DNA of 64,000 nucleotides from Octopus vulgaris (taxonomy: Eukaryota). Shown here piece by piece: positions 56,946-64,000 of this stretch. The position numbers and the translations under genes were made by a program. Each line of letters opens with the position of its first letter. Position 1 is the first letter of the stretch. The notes under the pieces are model-generated. The model was not told where the DNA came from, ran no database searches, and was given only the letters and a program-made list of their open reading frames with translations. The stretch is from assembly GCA_951406725.2 (NCBI GenBank), contig OX597833.1, forward strand, positions 26,908,001 through 26,972,000, in the 5' to 3' direction.

Positions 56946-57285
56946 TATTCATCGTGTGTGTGTGTGTGTGTGTGTCTGTGTGTGTGTTTGTGTGCGTGTA
57001 TGCTCGAGTGTGCACGCGCATGCGTGTGTGTGTTTGTGTGCGTGTATGCTCGAGTGTGCACGCGCATGCGTGTGTGTGTCTTTGTGTCTGTGTTCGTCCC
57101 CAACATTTCTTGGCATTCAAAGTTAATGTGTTTACATCCCAGTAACTTTGCTGTTCAGCCAAAGAAACGAACAACATATGAATCAGGCTTTAAAAAAATG
57201 AGTACCCGAATCGGTTCGTTCGATGAATATTCTTCAATGCGGCTCTCTAGCAGAGTCGCTGTCTAATGAGTGAAACAAGTAACGC

Positions 57286-57414
<129 letters not shown>

Positions 57415-57421
57415 ATGTATG

Positions 57422-57455
<34 letters not shown>

Positions 57456-57949
57456 TTGCTGTAATGATATATTGCTTTATGTCATGTTTCATTGCTTCAT
57501 GAAATTGCTTACTTTGTCCCAGACATGTCAAATGGAACGGATCCATAGGTGTGGATGTGTGTATACCCATAAATGCGTACAAGTATGTGTGATGTTATGT
57601 GCATATATATGTGTGTATATAGACATCTGTGAATATTTTCATTTGGGTAAATATTACATGTGTTTTGTATGTCTTGCTATTTACATACGCTAATGTGCGT
57701 AGAGGCATAAGCGCAAGGACGAAAAATAGTGCAGCAGAGTGTGTCTGTAACTATACTTAAGCGTATGTTGTGATATATATGTGTGTGAGTGTGTGTGTGT
57801 GCGTATGTGTGTGCGTGAGTGTATGTATGTATGTGTATATATGAATACATATAGTGATATATATGGTGGAGTGGGTGGAAGTGTGTGTTTATGCACGTGT
57901 ATACGTATGCATGTAAGTATATGTATGTGTGTGTATGTATATATTTTGA

Positions 57950-58135
57950 TAGATCGCTAGCCACGACACGTTCATTATTTTCTCTCCTTGTTTCTTTCTG
58001 TGTTCCTTTCTGTGGAAGAGCGTAGGCTCGAAACGTTAAAGACTCTCTCACTTCCTGAGCGTTATACTAGTACATCTGTTTGTTGTCTACACAGCTGTCT
58101 TCGTCTTTTGTTTTTTTTTTTGTGAATTCTCCACC
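57950..58135 (+). mobile_element. PLE family 1-related pLTR fragment, with hammerhead at 58006-58041 (CUGUGGA core)
   Basis: CTTT-CTGTGGA-A-GAGC(GTAG)GCTC-GAAA-CG-TT-AAAG; flanks diverged from 31670-31860. Confidence 0.72.
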
Positions 58136-58167
<32 letters not shown>

Positions 58168-58902
58168 TGTATGTATGTATGTATGTATGTATATACATAT
58201 GGAGATATACATTGTGGAGCGGCGAAAGTGTGTGTTTATGTACGTGTATACGTATGTATATAACTATACATAAGTGTGTGTATGTAAATATAAGTATATG
58301 TATGTATATATGTTTGTGAGCCTGTATGTGTGTTTATATGCGTGTGATGATATATGTATGTATATATGTGTATATGCACATGTATATAAGAGTATCTTGT
58401 CATATATGTGAGTACAATAGCCACTAAAAGATTTACGACCAACAAAAGCCCCTGACCGAGTTAGCCGGAATCACTGGTCCCTTGAATCACAGCGTGATAC
58501 TAGAATGGTAGGACATTTATCAAAGATTCTAATGACATCTATTTAACTCTCGTATGGGAGCGTGTGTGTGTACACAGGGCAGCAAGTGTACTTACTAACG
58601 CAAATAATGTTTTAATTTATTGTATGTTTTATTTCTATTTTTATTTTTCGTTTCTTTTTTTCTTAATTTTTTCCCTGGTTTGTCAATAAAGCTGCAACGG
58701 AAACCGTCCTTCACCATTCTTCTCTAACGGCTTAAACATACTGTTACTAACAACATGCTATATTAAAATCGAGTGAAACAGAATTTATACAACGAGATAT
58801 CCCTTATAACGTAACCTTAGAGATGCGTCTGCACAGACGTATGTACCACAACAAGTCGTACAGTGTTCCACTCGCTAGGGGTAGATGCAAGAGGTGTGTG
58901 AA

Positions 58903-59222
58903 GGCGCATGGCTCATTGGTTAGAGCATCCATCTCACAGTCATCAGGTAAGGATTTCGATTCTCACAACGGGTTGTGTGTTGTGTTCTTGAGCAAGACAC
59001 TTTATTTCACGTTGCTCCAGTTCACTCACCTGTAGGAAATGAGTTGCGACGTCACAGGTGCCAAGCTGTATCGGCCTTTGCCTTTCCCTCGGATAATAAT
59101 GGTGGCGGGGAGAGGGGAGGCTGGTATGCATGGGCAACTGCTGGTCTTGCATAATCAACCTTGCCTAGGAGGGAAACTTTCTAGGTACAATCCCATGGTA
59201 ATTCATGACCGAAGGGGGTCTT
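58903..59222 (+). mobile_element. SINE family C
   Basis: Homologous to 33409-33740. Confidence 0.85.
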
Positions 59223-59252
59223 TACCTTTTATCTTTTACATATATATATATA

Positions 59253-59287
<35 letters not shown>

Positions 59288-59295
59288 GATAAAAG

Positions 59296-59331
<36 letters not shown>

Positions 59332-59548
59332 CAATAATAAATCTCTGAGCGAGATATAAACAGTAACTGCTCTATAACATAAGGGGGATCAGCCATCTGA
59401 ATGTGGTTGGGACAGGGCGGGGTGGTGGGGGTGTTACTGATGCATTTAGCCCCAGGCGATCATCAACGTCACCAGAAGGGCTGACACCATCTCGGTGTCC
59501 TTGCCAGCCTGCAAAGGGAGATCAGCCTCCCCGAAGATACGGATACTA

Positions 59549-59591
59549 CATACGGACCGGTTTCGAGGTATTTGCCTCTTATCAACGCATG
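59549..59591 (-). ncRNA. Minimal type I hammerhead, U3-A8 variant
   Basis: CATGCG-TTGATAA-GAGG(CAAATA)CCTC-GAAA-CCGG-TC-CGTATG. Confidence 0.8.
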
Positions 59592-59906
59592 GTAAGCACC
59601 GTTCTTCGTTGAGGACTTCCTCTACAGGCTGGATATATATGGATTTTCACAGTAACCACAGTCACTGATGTAGAAAAACCGTTCGACAACAATAATAAAT
59701 CTCTGAGCGAGATATAAACAGTAACTGCTCTATAACATAAGGAGGATCAGCCATCTAAATGTGGCTAGGGACAGGGCGGGTGGTGGGGGTGTTACTGATG
59801 CATTTAGCCCCAGGCGATCATCAACATCACCAGAAGGGCTGACACCATCTCGGTGTCCTTGCCAGCCTGCAAAGGGAGATCAGCCTCCCCGAAGATACGG
59901 ATACTA

Positions 59907-59949
59907 CATACGGACCGGTTTCGAGGTATTTGCCTCTTATCAACGCATG
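59907..59949 (-). ncRNA. Minimal type I hammerhead, U3-A8 variant (second copy)
   Basis: Identical to 59549-59591, 358 bp away. Confidence 0.8.
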
Positions 59950-59966
59950 GTAAGCACCGTTCTTCG

Positions 59967-60275
59967 TTGTAAGCCATTAAAGAAACACACAAAAGCCGTT
60001 CGATTCATTTCAACATTTAAGTTTAATTTGTCAAAATATTTTCGTCGCTTTAAGACTGCGACCTGTTCACTGACAAAAATCCGTGCTGCAGCAGTGAACA
60101 GGTCGCGGTCTTAAAGCGACGAAAATATTTTGACAAATTAAACTTAAATGTTGAAGTGAATCGAACGGCTTTTGTGTGTTTCTTAAATGGCTTACAAACA
60201 CCTTCCACGCTGCAATTGTTTTCGTTTCAGCACACGATCTCAGATCAAATCACTTGCTATGCAAGTACATCTCCG

Positions 60276-60278
<3 letters not shown>
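59967..60278. repeat. Fold-back insert (arms ~106 bp) of a family 5 hammerhead element
   Basis: 59967-60072 is the reverse complement of 60092-60197 with about 3 differences; the right arm continues to the (TA)n at 60278. Confidence 0.93.
60027..60077 (-). ncRNA. Minimal type I hammerhead, G3-C8 variant
   Basis: TTTGTCA-GTGAACA-G-GTCGC(AGTCTTAAA)GCGAC-GAAA-ATAT-TT-TGACAAA; 7-bp stem I, AATATT palindrome, UUU triplet. Confidence 0.75.
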
Positions 60279-60336
<58 letters not shown>

Positions 60337-61972
60337 CTAATCCCACCAAAGAGGACCAATTTCTGCGATGAGGAGACGAAATAGGACCAACAATTGTAAA
60401 CTGACGAATTCGGAATTCAACTTAAGAAGACACTGAAAGTACGACTGAAGTGGTCGAGGTGCTATGGTTTTCACAATGTTTCCTGTATAATGCAACACTT
60501 TAATGAATGATCCATAACAGACATTGGCAACATTTTCTCAAAAAGCGGGCCGCAAGAGACCTGACTCATTACCAAGATGGCCGTACCACTAAAAAAATTC
60601 AAGTTTATTTTTCGTTAGATGCGCCATTAGGTGTGCCGATGAGGTCGTCTTTACCTTTCATAATTTTGGGGTTTATAATGTAAGTACCAGTTGCTCACTG
60701 GAGTCAATGTGGTCGACTAGCTGCGTACCCCCAAAATCTCAGCCCTCGTGCCTATAGTTAAAAGAATAAAATATTATTGGCTGTAGTATTTGTAGTGTCA
60801 TTGAAGTTTCATTTTTCCTTTTTTTTCTTTTGTTAATGCATGGAGAATTTCGAATCTTACATCAAAAAAGAATTAACATTAACTTGGAACCCATGATGCA
60901 TGAAAATATGAACAAATGTCATGTGTCAATTACCAAACTAAATTTACAGATCCTAATATTGGTTAATGATGAGGCGTCTGCGTCACTATCTTCATACACA
61001 ATCTGTCGATATCTTGCATACTGCCTGTTTCACATTCCAGATGTGCCAATTGCAAATGCAATTATATTTTTTTCCCTTCAATAATTTTTCCCTGCTTTTT
61101 TTCTCTTTTTCTTATTTTATAGCGAAATCTATGTACTTCCCGAGTTTTGCAGCCCGGATCTGCCACAATATTATAAACATTATCTATATCAATATCGATT
61201 ATTAGTACACTTTTGTCAATTTAATCATGTCAAATAACATCAGGATTATTTTTGCTCTCTGTTGGTATCTCTGTATAGTCGGATTCATAATGCTTCGACA
61301 TTGTGATTTGCTAAAGAAAATGAACGTTACCATGAACACCACAGAGCCTATAACTCTAAAGTGCTAAAACTGACCGTCCAAGAATACACAGAATATATTC
61401 GTGATATTATTAAGTATATTGCAGTAGTTCATGGTGTTAGCATTGGATGCATTGATAAAATGCTTGTTAAGCATCGATAGAATATGTGTATTTCTCTAGA
61501 AAGACCACACGATGCATTTAATAGATTGCATCAATATTATTCTTTTAATGGTTTCAGTTGTTGACCCGCGGAAATGCTGGTGCACGGCTTTCAAATGATA
61601 TTGTCGATTATATCAAACCTAGAATCACTGGTGGTATTTCATCGACCACGAAAGATATTGAATGCAAAGTAACAAAAAACTATGAGAGGAGGTAATACGA
61701 CCAGACATAATTACAGCAGGCTATTTCTGTTTCGTGGTATACATACATACATACATACATATATACATGCATACATATATATACATATATATATATATAC
61801 ATATATATATATATGAAAATATATATATGTATACATATATATATTTATATATATGTATGTATGTATATGTATGTATATATATATATATATGTATGTGTGT
61901 ATATGTATGTATGTATGTATATATATATATATACATACATATATATATACATACATATATATATATATATAT

Positions 61973-62067
<95 letters not shown>

Positions 62068-62249
62068 GAGAGATAGTGGATGTAATATTATCGATAATGG
62101 CATGAAATTACGTTTGACGCTCTGGCTGATAACTGATGAGGAATTTGTGACCAGCGTTTGTTCTCCGTCGGTCTGTGCGTCTGTGCATTCAGTGCATTTA
62201 TAATGTTTTCTGTCCGTTTGTTTATTACTATACATTTTGACTTCTGAAA

Positions 62250-62280
<31 letters not shown>

Positions 62281-62459
62281 TGTATGTATGTATGTATGTA
62301 TGCATGTATGCATGTATGTATGTATGCATGTATGTATGTATGTACGTATGTATGCATGTATGTATGTATGTATGTGTATGTATGTATGTATGTATGCATG
62401 TATGTATGTATGCATGCATGTTTGTATCTATATATGTATGTACATACACATACATAAGG

Positions 62460-62780
62460 GAATGCATAGTGTTCAGTGGTTGGAGGTATTTGGTTAGCGA
62501 TCGTAAGATCGTGGGTTCGATATACGAAGCTGTGTTGTGTCCTTCAGCAAGTCACTTTACTGCACTTTGCTTTATTCCAGTTAGCTGGCAAAAATGAGTT
62601 CTACCTGTAATTAAAATGGGCCAGAATTGTCACATTTCGTGTCCCATCGAATTTCTCTGAAGACTAGGTTAACGGTACGCGTGCCTATGGAGTGTTCAGC
62701 CACTTGTACGTTAACTTCACGTGCAGGACGTTCCGGTGATCGTGTCAACTGGAACCCTCACCGTCGAAACCGACAGAATG
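62460..62780 (+). mobile_element. Diverged SINE related to family D
   Basis: gtgggttcgat B-box; aaatgggccag..ttgtcaca...gagtgttcagccacttgtacgttaa matches 48980-49090 (-). Confidence 0.65.
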
Positions 62781-63622
62781 TCGGTTAAACACACATATTC
62801 TTTCCCTCGCACATATTTCATGTTACTTGATTCGCAGTGTACCTACACTTATATATGCATGTGTATGTGTGTGTGTATGTGTGTGTGGGTGTGTGTGAAG
62901 TCACATTCCTTCTTCGTGTTGCTGATCATTCGACTGAAATCATTTTCCCAATAACAAAGCAAAGCACATTTCTCCTTTATTTCATTTTCTTCCCTCCTTC
63001 TTTCCTTTTTTCTTCTTCTGTTCACTCTCAATTATTCTACTTTCTACACATTAAATATAATTTCTTAAAATCGATGTGAACATCAAACTAATTATTGTAA
63101 CTGGTTTTTACTTTGTAATCTGTGTCGTTATTTTTCGTGCTAATTTTGAAATTGTGTCTGTGTGTGCATATATACACACACGTGCGTGTGTGTGAGTGTG
63201 TGTGTGTGTGTGTGTATACAATCAAAATAAGCAAAAGGATACCAAGAAATGCTACAGTACGACCGTTTCAAGCGCTCCATTTAATTGAACAATGCAAGCA
63301 TTACATCAATTTAAATACAGTGCTATCATCAGCTGCACAAATAGAATTTTAATCAATTGGACACATTAATACAATTTTTCTCAAATACTTTAACAAAGCA
63401 AGAAGATGGAAGAAATCCATGTTGTCGCTATTGTATCTAAGAATATATTACACTTCCAAGAAAGGCATGAAGCTTACTGGGGTTATAGCTTGTAAAGGAT
63501 TGTGGTTCATTTCTAATTTATTTGTCTTTTATCAACTACTAAATCTAAGACTAGAGAGCTGTGTCTGTTTGGAACGAAGGGCAAGAATGAGTTGACAGTT
63601 GGCTATATATATATATATATAT

Positions 63623-64000
63623 AAGAGTTATCGCCAAGCTAATATGGCAGTCAATAAATATAAGACTATAGCTGCCGTTGATTAGCTCCAAGAGGCCATC
63701 GCCTCTAGCTAGCTATATGAAACACGCACCTGTGTCCATTATAACCTTCGAACAGGGGAAGTCAGCCGCTTCCCCTTGCTGGTCAGGCATCTGCAGACAT
63801 GTTTCAAGGTAACGGCAGCTATAGTCTTATATTTATGGACTGCCATATTAGCTTGGCGATAACTGTTCATTTCCAGTACCGCTGCCGTAGTCTCCTTCAG
63901 AGAGACTTAGAAATTTATATTTCTATTTTTGAAAACCAGTGGATGTATTCCACTGAAATTAGGTAAATAACCCTTCGAACAGACGGTCAGCAGCAACGCC
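63623..64000. mobile_element. TA-anchored element with a 54-bp inverted duplication and a half hammerhead
   Basis: 63626-63679 is the reverse complement of 63811-63864 (1 mismatch); minus strand GAAA-CATG-TC at 63796-63805. Confidence 0.7.

Larger units (their letters stand above)
59331..59968 (-). mobile_element. Retrozyme-like tandem repeat: ~1.8 copies of a 358-bp unit, one hammerhead per unit
   Basis: 59331-59610 repeats at 59689-59968; non-coding; anchored at (TA)n. Confidence 0.85.

Overview
AT-rich eukaryotic non-coding (intronic or intergenic) DNA dominated by microsatellites and interspersed repeats. The tRNA-derived SINE families look like those of octopus/cephalopod genomes (recognised from memory, not searched). 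No intact host CDS is visible, and almost all ORF-track entries are microsatellite translations. The window contains two decayed mariner elements, hAT and mariner MITEs, Helitron-like fragments, RTE fragments, many SINEs, several Penelope-like element (PLE) remnants (GIY-YIG, RT) and a 100-N gap. The main signal is about 15 minimal type I hammerhead ribozyme motifs from at least four sequence families. Nearly all have a palindromic stem III, and their cores are mostly non-canonical (U3-A8, G3-C8, U3.G8, A6U). They lie in TA-microsatellite-anchored inserts, including a 358-bp tandem retrozyme-like unit (59.3-60.0 kb) and four fold-back insertions, three of which place hammerheads on both strands. 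All structures were folded by eye and none has been tested for activity.
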